NCBI GenBank assembly: GCA_023512375.1
Contig: JAILZS010000007.1
Span: forward strand, 894-64,893
Reading direction: 5' to 3'
Source: Bacillota bacterium
Lineage (GTDB): Bacteria > Bacillota > Sulfobacillia > JAJZYS01 > JAILZS01
Length of the DNA stretch: 64,000 nucleotides
Shown: positions 1-9,314 of the stretch, in pieces
Numbering within the stretch: position 1 is the stretch's first letter
Layout: every line of letters starts with the position of its first letter
The notes under the pieces: model-generated
The model's input: only the letters and a program-made list of their open reading frames with translations
The model's database searches: none
What the model was told of the DNA's origin: nothing
Position numbers and translations under genes: made by a program

Positions 1-31
1 TGGGAAAGGGACCGTCCCGAAGGACGGTCCC
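1..31 (-). terminator. Intrinsic terminator-like hairpin just downstream of the S-layer gene stop
   Basis: Seen directly: perfect 10-bp inverted repeat GGGACCGTCC / GGACGGTCCC with a 4-nt loop at 8-31. On the minus strand it is followed by a CCCUUUCCCA tail. It lies immediately 3' of the minus-strand stop at 58-60. Confidence 0.6.
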
Positions 32-57
32 TGACCCTTGAGCCGGTAGGGTTAGGC

Positions 58-3000
58 CTAGTACGTGTAGGTGTCGGTAGCAGTGATCGTCGGACTCGTG
101 GCCGTGTTCTGGGCCGTGATAGTCTCCGTCGTCCCGCTCGAGGCCAATGTCGTGCCGGTCTTGTACGTGATGGTAACCGTACCGGACGCAGAAGCCGTGA
201 ACGACGCAGGGCTGGACGTTAGTGCCGTGCTCCCGACCGATGCGCTACCAGGGTTTGTCGCAGCCGCAGTGAACGACAGGTACACCGTCGCCCCACCGAC
301 CGCGTTACCGTACTGGTCTTCCGCGGTCAGCGTCACGGTAACACTCGCGCTCGCGGCCAGGGTCCCGTTGGGCGCGATCGGCTTGGGCGAGAACACGTAC
401 TGGCTTACGGCGGCCGGCACGACGGTGATGCTGGGCGTGGTTCCGGTGATCGTACTTGTCACCGTATCCGTTGCTGTGACGGTTTGAGTGCCAGCCGTCT
501 TGAGCGTCACCGAGAAGGTGTGCACGCCGGCGTCGGTGGAGGTGAAGGTGTAGTTCGCCGGGAGCACAGCCTGCGCGTCGGTCGACGTGAAGTGGACCGT
601 GCCAGTGTAAGCGGGCGTTACGTTCCCGTACTGGTCCTGGGCAGTCACCGTGACGTTGAATGCCGTACCCGCGACGTCCGAGGCTGCGGCGGTGTCAGTC
701 AGCACCAGCTTGTTGGTGGCCGCCGGCACGACTGTCAGGGTGCCGGTGGTCGCGCTCAGTGTCCCCGCCGTAGCCGTAATCGTGCCGCTGTCGCCCGCCT
801 TGGTGTCCGTGTAGGTGACCGTCGCCACGCCGCTCGTGGTGGTGGTCGCGCTCGCCGCACTCAGGTCACCCGCCACCAAGGTGCCGCCTGTCGTGGGCGC
901 AAAGCCCACCGTGACGTTGGAGACCGGGTTCCCGTACGCGTCCGTCACCGTCGCGGTGATCGTCTGCGCACTACCCGCCGTCACGTTGGTCGGACTCGAC
1001 GGGGTGACCGCCAGGTTCTTCGCGGCCGCCGCGACGACCGTTACGGTCGCGGTGCTCACGCCGATGTTCGTTCCAGCGATGGTAGCCGTAATGACCCCAC
1101 TATCCCCGGCGTGCGTGTCCGTCACGTACGCGTTCACGACACCGGAGGAGTTGGTCGTTGCGCTCGTGGTGGCAGCACCCCCGGCCGTGGGACCAATGGT
1201 CGAGATGTAGAAGCTCCCGACGTTGGACCCGTTACCGATGGCGCTGAGGTTAAGAGTCACGCCGCTAACGGGGTTTCCCTGCGAGTCCTTCACCGTAAAG
1301 GTGATGGGAGTCGAGGACCCCGCAACGTAGTTAGTACCCGACGTGGCGCTCGTAGTGACCTGCGAAGCCGCTCCTGCGGTGATCGTGATCGTACCAGTGT
1401 TCACGGTGAGAGTGGTTGTGCCCTGGGTCACGCTCGCTGTGATGTACGCGGCGTCGCCAGGGTGCGTGTCCGTCACCGTGACCGAGATGGCACCGGCGCT
1501 ATTCGTAGTGCCGGAACTGGCGGAGAGGGTGAACTGTCCCGTCGTTCCTGCCGTCTGGTGGATGGTCAGGGTTACGGGCAAGTTGGCGATCGGGTAGTTG
1601 TTAGCGTCGGTAACCGTGAAGGTCACAGGCGCCCCCGATCCTGCCACGTAGCTCACGTTGCTAGGGTCGTTCGTGGTCAGGTGGGCGATGGGTCCCGCCT
1701 GTACGGCCCCGGCCGCGGCGTCGATCAGATACGTGCCCGCGGTGGCGTTCACGTAGTAGACGACGACTTGCGAAGCCCCAGCCGGCACAGTCACCTGGTT
1801 GCTGGGGAGGTTTGCGCCGTTTGCGGTCGATCGGAACTGGCCACCGCCCGCGGCGCCGTTGACACCGTTGTTGTCGACGTAGTCGCTCAGCGTCACGGTC
1901 ACGGCTGCGTTCAGAACGATGGGGTTGCCCTCAGCGTCCGTCAACCGCACTACGATCTCCGTGGGCGTGTTCGCCGCAACAGTGAGTCCGGTCGTCTTTA
2001 GGTTGCTTCCGGATGTGTTGAACGCCGCAGCACCGCCGAGCGTCGTCGAGCCCACAACCGTAATGACGGCCTGGCCGCTGACAGGGCTGACGACGGATTC
2101 GTCGGTTGCCTTCACCGTGACTGCACCTGCCGTGCCTGCCGTGGCGGTAAAGTTCACCTCGCCGTTCGACGTCTGCACAAGGTAGGTGTTGTTCGTACCA
2201 GCCACGAGGGTCGCCGGTTGCGTGAAGTTGATGGCCGTGTTGCCGCTGTTGTTGAGCGTGAAGCCGCTCGCGGGCGTTACCGCCACCTCGACGTAGTCGC
2301 CGTTCGCCACCGTGAGACCATTGGACCCGACGGTGGTGATGGTGCCCGATACGGTGTCACCCGCCGTGGCTTGGCCGGTGCTACCGGTCGCATTGTCCTT
2401 CAAGGACACGCTGACTGAGGTCGCGATCGTGTTCACGATGGTGAAGGTCTGGGACACCGTGGCAAAGCCGGAACTCGATGCCGTTACGGTCCACATGGTG
2501 CCAGGGCTGGAGGTGAACGCGAGGTTCGCAGCCGCAACCCCGTTCGAGTTGGTCGTCACGGTGTAGTTTCCGCTCGCGCCGTTGATCGTTGCGGTGCCGT
2601 TACCGTATGCCGCAAACGTTACAGCGACGCCGCCCTCAGATACGGGGTTACCGTTGGCGTCCACGAGTTGCGCCTTGATCGGCACCGTCTCCTGCGCGCC
2701 ATACGGCAGGTCGATGGTGGCCCCAGCCGTAGGTCCAGCCGGGCTTAGGGAGAGTGCGGCAGCCGTCCCAGCACCCACATTAAGCGTCACCTGCGCCCCC
2801 GCAAGAGTGACAGGCGAAGCTGCGTTGGGCAACTGGTACGTGCCGGTTACGGCGACCACGTACGCCCCTGCGGCTCCCTCGTTGAAGTTGTACGTGAACG
2901 AGGACTGGCCGGCCGGAATCGTACCGGTGAAGGTCGTGACCTGAATGCCACCGCTGGTGATCGTGCCGTTGATCGTTACGGCAGCATTGCTAGGGGCGGC

Positions 3001-4737
3001 AGTCGGGTTACCGTTGGCGTCGGCGAGGCCGATCGTGATCGCGTCGTTGGCCCCTGACGCGGGCGTCGTGGTAGCAGCGCTGGCCGTAAGCGAAGTCGGC
3101 GCGCCGACGATGACCGTCTTGATCGCGGCGGTTCCAGTCTTGAGGTTCTGACCGGTAACCGTAACCGTCACGGTACCGGTCTGTCCCTGCTCGGACTGGA
3201 TGGTTTCCACGGCACCGGGCGGTGTCGAAGTCCCGTTGGCGATGAACGCTTGCGTTTCCGGTCCTTGCGTGCCGTCGAGGAACGTGGCCGGTCCGCTGAC
3301 GGCGAAGGTCAGAGATTGGGCACCCGTCAGCATCGGGTTACCGGCCTGGTCGAGCACGATGGCCGTGATCTCATCCTGGTTCCCACCGGCGTTCGCGGAC
3401 AGGGTGGTGGAAGCCGGTGTCACCTGAATCGAGGTTGCCACCTGGGCGGTTGTCGTGATGGTAGCGGTACCGGCAGACAGAGCGTTGCCGTTGTTGCTCG
3501 CGCTTGCAGTGAGCGTATCCGCAGCCCCCACGTTCCCGTTGATAGACTTCACCGTGAACGTGGCCACGCCGTTGACCGCACTTGCCGTCACGCTGGTCGA
3601 GGTGCTCGTCCCACTCACGATGGAGGTTGCCGACCCCGTGTCGGTCAAGGTGACGGCGCCGTTGTAGTTGCTAACGGGAATCCCGTTGCTGTCCACAACG
3701 GTGACTGTGACCGTGTCGGTGGCCGCGCCGTCAGCCACGAGGCTGGTGCTGGCCGGCTTCACCTGCAGGGCCGCCGGTGCGCCGTACACGCCCACGGTCG
3801 TGGTACCCGTCACCGGCGCCGTGAGCACGCCGCCGCTGATCGCGGCCTGTACCGTGTAGTTACCGGACGCGCTGGCCACGAACTGCCCGCTCGAGCTCAC
3901 GCTCGCCGACGAGGCGTTCGACCCCGTCACGCTGAAGCTGATCGTGTACGCCGCGAGGTTGGCCTGCGGGATGGGCTGGCCGGCCTTGTTGAGCACCGTG
4001 ACCGTCAGGCTGTCCACCTGACCGACGCCCACGCTCGTGGCCGACTGGCTGATCTTCAGCGACGCGGGCGCCGACGCCTTGAGCTGCCCCAGGGCACGCC
4101 ACAGGCCGACCGCCAGCTGGACGCGCGTCACCTTGCCGTTCGGGAAGTACAGCGTCCCGTTCAGCGGCGGCACGATGCCCAGCTTCATGCCCGCGTTCGC
4201 GTACCCGAGGTCACCCGACGGCACCTTCGACAGGTCCGTCAGCTTCGGGTACAGGGTGGTGTTGGTCGCCAGCGACTGGGCCAGGCTCTGGTCGCCCAGG
4301 GCGTTGATCTCCAGGATCGCCAGCTGGATGCGCGTCACCGGCGCGCTCGGGTTGAAGTTCCCCGACGTGCCGGCGAACCCGCTCAGATAGCCGTCGTTGA
4401 GCGCCGTCTCGATGTACGGGTAGTACTGCGAGCTCGTGCTCACGTCGGAGTAGCTGGGCGTGCGCGGGTACTGCAGCTGCACCCCCATGAGGTTGACCAC
4501 GAACTTCACGGCCTGAGCCCGGGTGACGACGCCGTCGGGCGAAAACTTGCCCGGCGCGGTGCCGTTCATGATCCCGGCCTGGTACAGCCCGTTGATGGCG
4601 TTCTGTGCCAGGGTCGTCAGGTCGTAGATGTCGTAGTACGTAGGGGCGGCCGCGAGCGCCGCGCTCCCGATCCCGAAGGTGGTCGCGAGCATGGAGATGC
4701 CCGCGATCGCACCGAGGATCTTCTTGGGTGCTCGCAT
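58..4737 (-). CDS. Large S-layer / cell-surface protein: signal peptide, three N-terminal SLH domains, then many Big-like (bacterial Ig-like) repeats
   Basis: The ORF-track translation begins MRAPKKILGAIAGISMLATTFGIGSAALAA (signal peptide), then three SLH-like segments (YYDIYDL...GIMNG, YSDV...YPYIETA, LSKV...GIVP). Repeated TVTxTDxxGNPVxxxxV Ig-like modules follow to the C-terminus. An AAGGAGG Shine-Dalgarno lies upstream of the ATG at 4737. Confidence 0.85.
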   Translation of the reverse strand: MRAPKKILGAIAGISMLATTFGIGSAALAAAPTYYDIYDLTTLAQNAINGLYQAGIMNGTAPGKFSPDGVVTRAQAVKFVVNLMGVQLQYPRTPSYSDVSTSSQYYPYIETALNDGYLSGFAGTSGNFNPSAPVTRIQLAILEINALGDQSLAQSLATNTTLYPKLTDLSKVPSGDLGYANAGMKLGIVPPLNGTLYFPNGKVTRVQLAVGLWRALGQLKASAPASLKISQSATSVGVGQVDSLTVTVLNKAGQPIPQANLAAYTISFSVTGSNASSASVSSSGQFVASASGNYTVQAAISGGVLTAPVTGTTTVGVYGAPAALQVKPASTSLVADGAATDTVTVTVVDSNGIPVSNYNGAVTLTDTGSATSIVSGTSTSTSVTASAVNGVATFTVKSINGNVGAADTLTASASNNGNALSAGTATITTTAQVATSIQVTPASTTLSANAGGNQDEITAIVLDQAGNPMLTGAQSLTFAVSGPATFLDGTQGPETQAFIANGTSTPPGAVETIQSEQGQTGTVTVTVTGQNLKTGTAAIKTVIVGAPTSLTASAATTTPASGANDAITIGLADANGNPTAAPSNAAVTINGTITSGGIQVTTFTGTIPAGQSSFTYNFNEGAAGAYVVAVTGTYQLPNAASPVTLAGAQVTLNVGAGTAAALSLSPAGPTAGATIDLPYGAQETVPIKAQLVDANGNPVSEGGVAVTFAAYGNGTATINGASGNYTVTTNSNGVAAANLAFTSSPGTMWTVTASSSGFATVSQTFTIVNTIATSVSVSLKDNATGSTGQATAGDTVSGTITTVGSNGLTVANGDYVEVAVTPASGFTLNNSGNTAINFTQPATLVAGTNNTYLVQTSNGEVNFTATAGTAGAVTVKATDESVVSPVSGQAVITVVGSTTLGGAAAFNTSGSNLKTTGLTVAANTPTEIVVRLTDAEGNPIVLNAAVTVTLSDYVDNNGVNGAAGGGQFRSTANGANLPSNQVTVPAGASQVVVYYVNATAGTYLIDAAAGAVQAGPIAHLTTNDPSNVSYVAGSGAPVTFTVTDANNYPIANLPVTLTIHQTAGTTGQFTLSASSGTTNSAGAISVTVTDTHPGDAAYITASVTQGTTTLTVNTGTITITAGAASQVTTSATSGTNYVAGSSTPITFTVKDSQGNPVSGVTLNLSAIGNGSNVGSFYISTIGPTAGGAATTSATTNSSGVVNAYVTDTHAGDSGVITATIAGTNIGVSTATVTVVAAAAKNLAVTPSSPTNVTAGSAQTITATVTDAYGNPVSNVTVGFAPTTGGTLVAGDLSAASATTTTSGVATVTYTDTKAGDSGTITATAGTLSATTGTLTVVPAATNKLVLTDTAAASDVAGTAFNVTVTAQDQYGNVTPAYTGTVHFTSTDAQAVLPANYTFTSTDAGVHTFSVTLKTAGTQTVTATDTVTSTITGTTPSITVVPAAVSQYVFSPKPIAPNGTLAASASVTVTLTAEDQYGNAVGGATVYLSFTAAATNPGSASVGSTALTSSPASFTASASGTVTITYKTGTTLASSGTTETITAQNTATSPTITATDTYTY

Positions 4738-5180
4738 GTCCTTGCGTTCGAGCCTCCTTGTATCTGGGAGAAATCCCACGGTAACCCACTCTAACTGTTC
4801 GTGATCCGCCCCGCCTTTGTGTCCGCAGCCCGCCGGTTCGACGACCGGCGGGCGGGTGCGTCGGGTGCGGTCGCCTGTGGGACGCAGATGGCGTACCCCG
4901 CGCCGGGCTGCCGACGGCGGCCTCGGCCGGGCAGCCCGCTGGCGGCATCACCACCCTCAGGCCCCGGACCTGGAAAGCACATGGGTACCCACGGCCGCAT
5001 TCGACGCTGCCGGGCCAGTTCCTTCCACGGCCGGTCCGCGTTTCCACTCCCGCTCAATCCGTGTCGATCTGCGCTTGCGCCCAGGCCACGCACCGCCGGC
5101 CCGTTCCCGCGCCCGCCACGAGCCGGGCGCCGGCCCCCTGATACGGGGAGTCGGCGCCCTGTCGATCTCGCTTTTCGCCC

Positions 5181-6068
5181 TCAGGCTGGGGGAAGGCGGC
5201 GGCCGGTGGCGGGGTCGTAGTCGTACACCCCGTGCCCCACCTTGCGCCCCAGCCGCCCCGCCCGCACGAGCTCCCGGATGAGGCGGGGCGTGGCGTACTG
5301 GGGCTGGCGGAACTCGGAGAAAAAGTAGTCCATCACGTACTGGTTCACGTCCACGCCCGTGAAGTCGAGGAGGGTGAGCGGCCCCATGGGGTGGTTGAGG
5401 CCCAGCGTGATGGCCGTGTCGACGTCCTCCGCCGTGGCCAGGCCCTCCTCCACCACCTTGCAGGCCTCGATGATGAGCGGGATGAGGATGCGGTTGACGA
5501 TGAACCCAGGGCTGTCCTTGCGCACCTCGATGGGCGTGCGCCCGAGCCGACGCGCGAGGTCCATGGCCGCGGCCACCGTGTCCGGGTGGGTGGCGTAGCC
5601 GTGGATCACCTCCACCAGGCGCATGACCGGTGCGGGGTTGAAAAAGTGCATGCCCACCACCCGCTCCGGGCGGCGCGTGGCGGCGCCGATCTCCGTGATC
5701 GACATGGAGGAGGTGTTGGTGGCGAGCACGACGTCCTCCCCCACCAGGGCGTCGAGGGCCCGGAAGGTGGCCTTCTTCACCTCCAGGTCCTCGACCACCG
5801 CCTCCACCACGAAGTCCGCCTGCGCCGCGGCGTCCACCCCCGCCGCCGGCCGCACCCGAGCCAGGGCCTGCTCGCGCTCCTCCGCGGTCAGTTGGCCGCG
5901 CTCCACCGCCCGCGCCAGCCGCCGCTCGATGTTCGCGCAGCCGCGTTCGGCCAGACCCAGGTCCACGTCCACCAGCGTCACCCCAAACCCCGAGGCGGCC
6001 GCCAGCTGGGCGATCCCGCTTCCCATCGTCCCCGCCCCGATCACCGCCACGCTGCGCACCTCGCGCAC
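5181..6068 (-). CDS. hbd: 3-hydroxybutyryl-CoA / 3-hydroxyacyl-CoA dehydrogenase
   Basis: N-terminus VREVRSVAVIGAGTMGSGIAQ is the classic Hbd Rossmann start; NTSS and MHFFNPAPVMRLVEV motifs are present. A GTG start at 6068 is preceded by a GGAGGTGG Shine-Dalgarno. The upstream part of the listed 636-aa ORF is a Gly/Pro/Arg-rich GC artefact. Confidence 0.85.
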   Translation of the reverse strand: MREVRSVAVIGAGTMGSGIAQLAAASGFGVTLVDVDLGLAERGCANIERRLARAVERGQLTAEEREQALARVRPAAGVDAAAQADFVVEAVVEDLEVKKATFRALDALVGEDVVLATNTSSMSITEIGAATRRPERVVGMHFFNPAPVMRLVEVIHGYATHPDTVAAAMDLARRLGRTPIEVRKDSPGFIVNRILIPLIIEACKVVEEGLATAEDVDTAITLGLNHPMGPLTLLDFTGVDVNQYVMDYFFSEFRQPQYATPRLIRELVRAGRLGRKVGHGVYDYDPATGRRLPPA

Positions 6069-6109
6069 CCCGACCACCTCCGCCGCCTTGGTCGCCGCCG
6101 GCCCCCGCG

Positions 6110-7039
6110 TCAGGGAGCCGGCCGGGGGAGTTCGTCTGCAGGTGGCCATTCCCCTCGGGCCACCCGCTCGAGCACCGCCGCCACCCCCGCCCCCTCCACG
6201 TGGTCGGCCACCCAGCGCGCCCGCTCCCGCACCCCCGGGGGGGCGTTGGCCATGGCCACCGGGTGGCCGACGCGATCGAACATCTCCACATCGTTCCAGC
6301 CGTCGCCCACCGCCATCGTGTGGGCCGGGTCGACGCCGCGCCGGTGCAGCAGCCACGCCAGCCCCTCGCCCTTCGACACGCCCCGGGCGACGATCTCGTA
6401 CCCGGCACCGGGGGCGGTGAACCGCAGGTCGAGGCCGTCCGCGGCCTCCAGGCGGGCGCGCAACGCCGCCGTCCGGTCGCGCGGGCCCACAGGCGTCACC
6501 TTGTACACCGGGTCGGCGAACGGGTCGAGGGCGGCAAGCGGCCGCAGGGCGGAGAGCTCCCACAGCATGTGGCGCGCGCCCGCCACCGACCGCAGCGTCC
6601 CCCGCCGGCGCGCCTCGCGCAGGACGTGCCAGGGGGCGCGGCGCCGGCTGCCGTACACATGGCGGCGGGTCATCACCGCCACCGGCACGCCCTCCTCCTC
6701 CGCCCAGGCCAGGATCTGGGCCGCCGTCGCTCCCGCCATGGGTCGGCTGCGCAGGATGCGGTCCTCCCCCTCCACCACCAGGCCGCCGTCCACCGCCACC
6801 AGGTCGCGGTCCGCCCCCACCTCCCGGGCGTAGGCGAAGGCCGTGCCCAGGCGGCGGCCGGTGGCCAGGACCACCCGCACCCCCTGCGCCCGGCAGGCCG
6901 CGACCGCCGCCACGGTGCGGTGGTGGATGGTGAGGTTGGGACGCAGGATGGTGCCGTCCACGTCCAGGGCGATGCAGCGGATGGGCAAAGCCGGGGCCGG
7001 ACGCGGCGCGGCCCGCCGCCCCTCCGTGCGCGCGCTCAC
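6110..7039 (-). CDS. HAD-superfamily hydrolase, Cof-type (HAD-IIB) phosphatase
   Basis: IALDVDGTIL motif I, a cap domain and the GDGWNDVEMF motif IV. A GTG start at 7039 overlaps the stop of the upstream gene as GTGA. Confidence 0.75.
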   Translation of the reverse strand: MSARTEGRRAAPRPAPALPIRCIALDVDGTILRPNLTIHHRTVAAVAACRAQGVRVVLATGRRLGTAFAYAREVGADRDLVAVDGGLVVEGEDRILRSRPMAGATAAQILAWAEEEGVPVAVMTRRHVYGSRRRAPWHVLREARRRGTLRSVAGARHMLWELSALRPLAALDPFADPVYKVTPVGPRDRTAALRARLEAADGLDLRFTAPGAGYEIVARGVSKGEGLAWLLHRRGVDPAHTMAVGDGWNDVEMFDRVGHPVAMANAPPGVRERARWVADHVEGAGVAAVLERVARGEWPPADELPRPAP

Positions 7040-7812
7040 TCCCCCACCGCCGCCCGCGCCCGCCGCAAGAGGTCGGCCAGCGCCTCGGCAACCGCGTCGG
7101 GCCGCTCCCGCACCACGTAGTGGCCGGCGCCCGCCACCACCGTGAGGGAGATCGCCTCCCGCCGCCCCCACCCCGCCACGAGCGCCTCCGACAGGCGAGG
7201 GGGTGTCATGCGGTCGGCATCCCCCACCACCACCGCCGCCGGGAGCGTGAGCTCGCCCAGGCGGGCGGTGACGTCGAAGGCGTCGCACGCCGCCATGTCG
7301 GCATGGAGGGCGCCCGAGGCCGCGGCCGCCCCGAGCGCCTCCCGTTCGCCCGCCACCATGTCCGGCGGCGCCGACGGCCCGAACATCCACCCCGCCAGGG
7401 CGGGCGGCAGGCGCCTGTCCGCCAGGGCGGCCAAGACATCGGGATGGACGCGCAGGCGCGCCCCCGTGGCCAAGAGCCCCAGCCCCCCGAGCTCCAGGCC
7501 GCCGTCCAAGGCGAGGGAGAGGGCGATCGCCCCGCCCATGGAGTGGCCCACCACGATGGGCCGCACCCACCCCTCGCGCCGCGCCAGCGCGGCCACGTCG
7601 GCGGCGTACGCCGCCACCTCCCGGCGGGCCGCCCCCCCCGCCCCGCCGTGCCCCGGCAGGTCGACGGCCACAGCATGGGAAAGGTGGGGGAGAAGGGCGT
7701 CGAACCGGCCCCCGTCGGCGCCGGCGCCGTGCAGGAGGACGAAGGGGAAGGGCGTCGAGGCCGCGAAGCCGCGGCTCGTGCGCGCCACCCGCGCCGTCGT
7801 CCCCCCGGCCAT
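7036..7812 (-). CDS. Alpha/beta-fold hydrolase
   Basis: VLLHGAG oxyanion region, GHSMGG nucleophile elbow and a C-terminal GAGHYV His region. The ATG at 7812 is preceded by GGAGGTG; an alternative start at 7848 is possible. Confidence 0.75.
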   Translation of the reverse strand: MAGGTTARVARTSRGFAASTPFPFVLLHGAGADGGRFDALLPHLSHAVAVDLPGHGGAGGAARREVAAYAADVAALARREGWVRPIVVGHSMGGAIALSLALDGGLELGGLGLLATGARLRVHPDVLAALADRRLPPALAGWMFGPSAPPDMVAGEREALGAAAASGALHADMAACDAFDVTARLGELTLPAAVVVGDADRMTPPRLSEALVAGWGRREAISLTVVAGAGHYVVRERPDAVAEALADLLRRARAAVGE

Positions 7813-7870
7813 GGCCACCTCCGCCGAAGCCGTCTCGTAAGGGAGCATACCGCAAATCGACACGCCGCCG

Positions 7871-8986
7871 GTGCTCCTCGCCCCCTCCGCCCTCAAGGGG
7901 AGCTTCACCGCCCGCGCCGCCGCGCGCGCCATGGCGACCGGCCTGTCCGGGCGCGCCCATACCCGCTCCCTGCCCGTGGCCGACGGGGGCGACGGCACCG
8001 CCGCCGTCCTCGCCCGCGCCCTGGGCGGGCGGCCGGTTACCGTGCGGGCCGCCGACGCCCTCGGCATCCCCCGCCGGGCCCTCGCCTTCCGCCTGACGCC
8101 GGCGGGCGGCGCCGTCGACCTGGCGGGCGTCTGCGGCATCCGGCGCCTGTGGCGCACGGGCCGCCCCCCCGACCCCCTAGGCGCAGGCACCCGCGGCCTG
8201 GGCGAGGCGCTCCTCGCCCTGGCTCGCGCCGTCCCCGCAGGCCCCCTGTACGTGGGGCTGGGGGGGAGCGCCTCCACCGACGGCGGCGCCGGCCTCCTCG
8301 CCGCCCTCGGGGGCCGCCTCCTCGACCGCCGGGGGCAACCTCTGCCGCCCGGCGGCGCGGCCCTGAAGGGGCTCGCCCGCATCGACCTGCGCGGGGTCGA
8401 CCCCGCCCTCGTCGCCCGCCTCGTGCCCCTGGCCGACGTCTCCTCGCCCCTCCTAGGGCCGCTCGGCGCCGCCGCCTCCTTCGCCCCCCAGAAGGGGGCC
8501 GACGCCGACGCCGTCCGCTGCCTGGAAGAGGGCTTAGAGCGCCTGCGGGAGGCAGCGGAGCGCGACCTGGGCGTACCCCCCGCCCTCGCCCAAGCCTTTG
8601 GCGCCGGCGCCGCCGGCGGCACCGGCTACGCCTTCCTCCTGCTGGGCGCACCGCCCCGCCCCGGGGCAGCGACCGTCCTCGACCTCGTCCACTTCGACGC
8701 CGCCCTCACAGGCGTCGCGGCCGTGCTCGCAGCCGAAGGGCGCCTGGACGCCACCTCGCTCTCCGGCAAGGCGCCCGTCGCCGCCGCCCGCCGGGCCCGC
8801 GCCGCCGGCGTCCCGGCCGCGGTCGTGTGCGCCCGCGCGCAGCCAGAGGCGGCGCGCCGCCTCGAGGGCGAGGGCATCGTCGTGGCCGTGGCCGCGCCGC
8901 CCGGCGGGCGCGCCGGCGCCGCCGACCTGGGGCGCGCCGCCGCCCGCGCCCTCGCCCGCCTTCTCCCGGCCTTCGGGTACTCCTGA
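7871..8986 (+). CDS. glxK: Glycerate kinase (GlxK/GarK family)
   Basis: N-terminus LLAPSALKGSF and an ADGGDGT motif. Full-length alignment pattern to the glycerate kinase family, judged by eye. Confidence 0.75.
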   Translation: MLLAPSALKGSFTARAAARAMATGLSGRAHTRSLPVADGGDGTAAVLARALGGRPVTVRAADALGIPRRALAFRLTPAGGAVDLAGVCGIRRLWRTGRPPDPLGAGTRGLGEALLALARAVPAGPLYVGLGGSASTDGGAGLLAALGGRLLDRRGQPLPPGGAALKGLARIDLRGVDPALVARLVPLADVSSPLLGPLGAAASFAPQKGADADAVRCLEEGLERLREAAERDLGVPPALAQAFGAGAAGGTGYAFLLLGAPPRPGAATVLDLVHFDAALTGVAAVLAAEGRLDATSLSGKAPVAAARRARAAGVPAAVVCARAQPEAARRLEGEGIVVAVAAPPGGRAGAADLGRAAARALARLLPAFGYS

Positions 8987-9116
8987 CCCGCATTGCGTCC
9001 CCCGCGCCCGTGGGTTCGACGCCCATCGACACCCTCCGACGGCGCGATTCGCCCACACTGGGCCATGGGATCGACATCGCTTCCCATTCGCACAAGGGGG
9101 TGCCCGACCGCTGGAC

Positions 9117-9305
9117 ATGGACTGTCAACGCCTGCGCCGCGCCCTCGACCACACCTACGCGCACTACGGCACCCTCACCCACCCCATGGTCCTCGCCCTT
9201 TCCCGCCAGCTGGACGAGTTCGTGCTGCGCGCCATGCAGCAGGAGCGCGCCCGCCGCGAGGCGGGGCGAGCCGCCTCCTGGGAGGCACACGGCGGACCGG
9301 AGTGA
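9117..9305 (+). CDS. Spo0E-like sporulation regulatory protein (aspartyl-phosphate phosphatase family), 62 aa
   Basis: MDCQRLRRALDHTYAHYGTLTHPMVLALSRQLDEFVLRAMQQERARR matches the Spo0E helical hairpin with the conserved SQxLDxxI-like core. It is embedded in the tail of a long artefact ORF, and the start choice is uncertain. Confidence 0.45.
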   Translation: MDCQRLRRALDHTYAHYGTLTHPMVLALSRQLDEFVLRAMQQERARREAGRAASWEAHGGPE

Positions 9306-9314
9306 GGACGCCCC

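Noticed and set aside
484-4794. Long plus-strand ORFs (484..2001, 3250..4794 and several shorter ones) antisense to the S-layer gene
   Set aside because: Translations are Arg/Gly/Pro/Val-rich low-complexity strings with no domain signatures. They are typical stop-codon-poor artefacts of about 70% GC DNA opposite a real gene.
4780-5180. Inverted repeat CCCGCCGG-N8-CCGGCGGG near 4838-4861 between the S-layer gene start and the hbd stop
   Set aside because: Could be a terminator or leader structure, but it is 300 bp from the hbd stop and inside the presumptive S-layer 5' leader. The assignment is too ambiguous to call as a feature.
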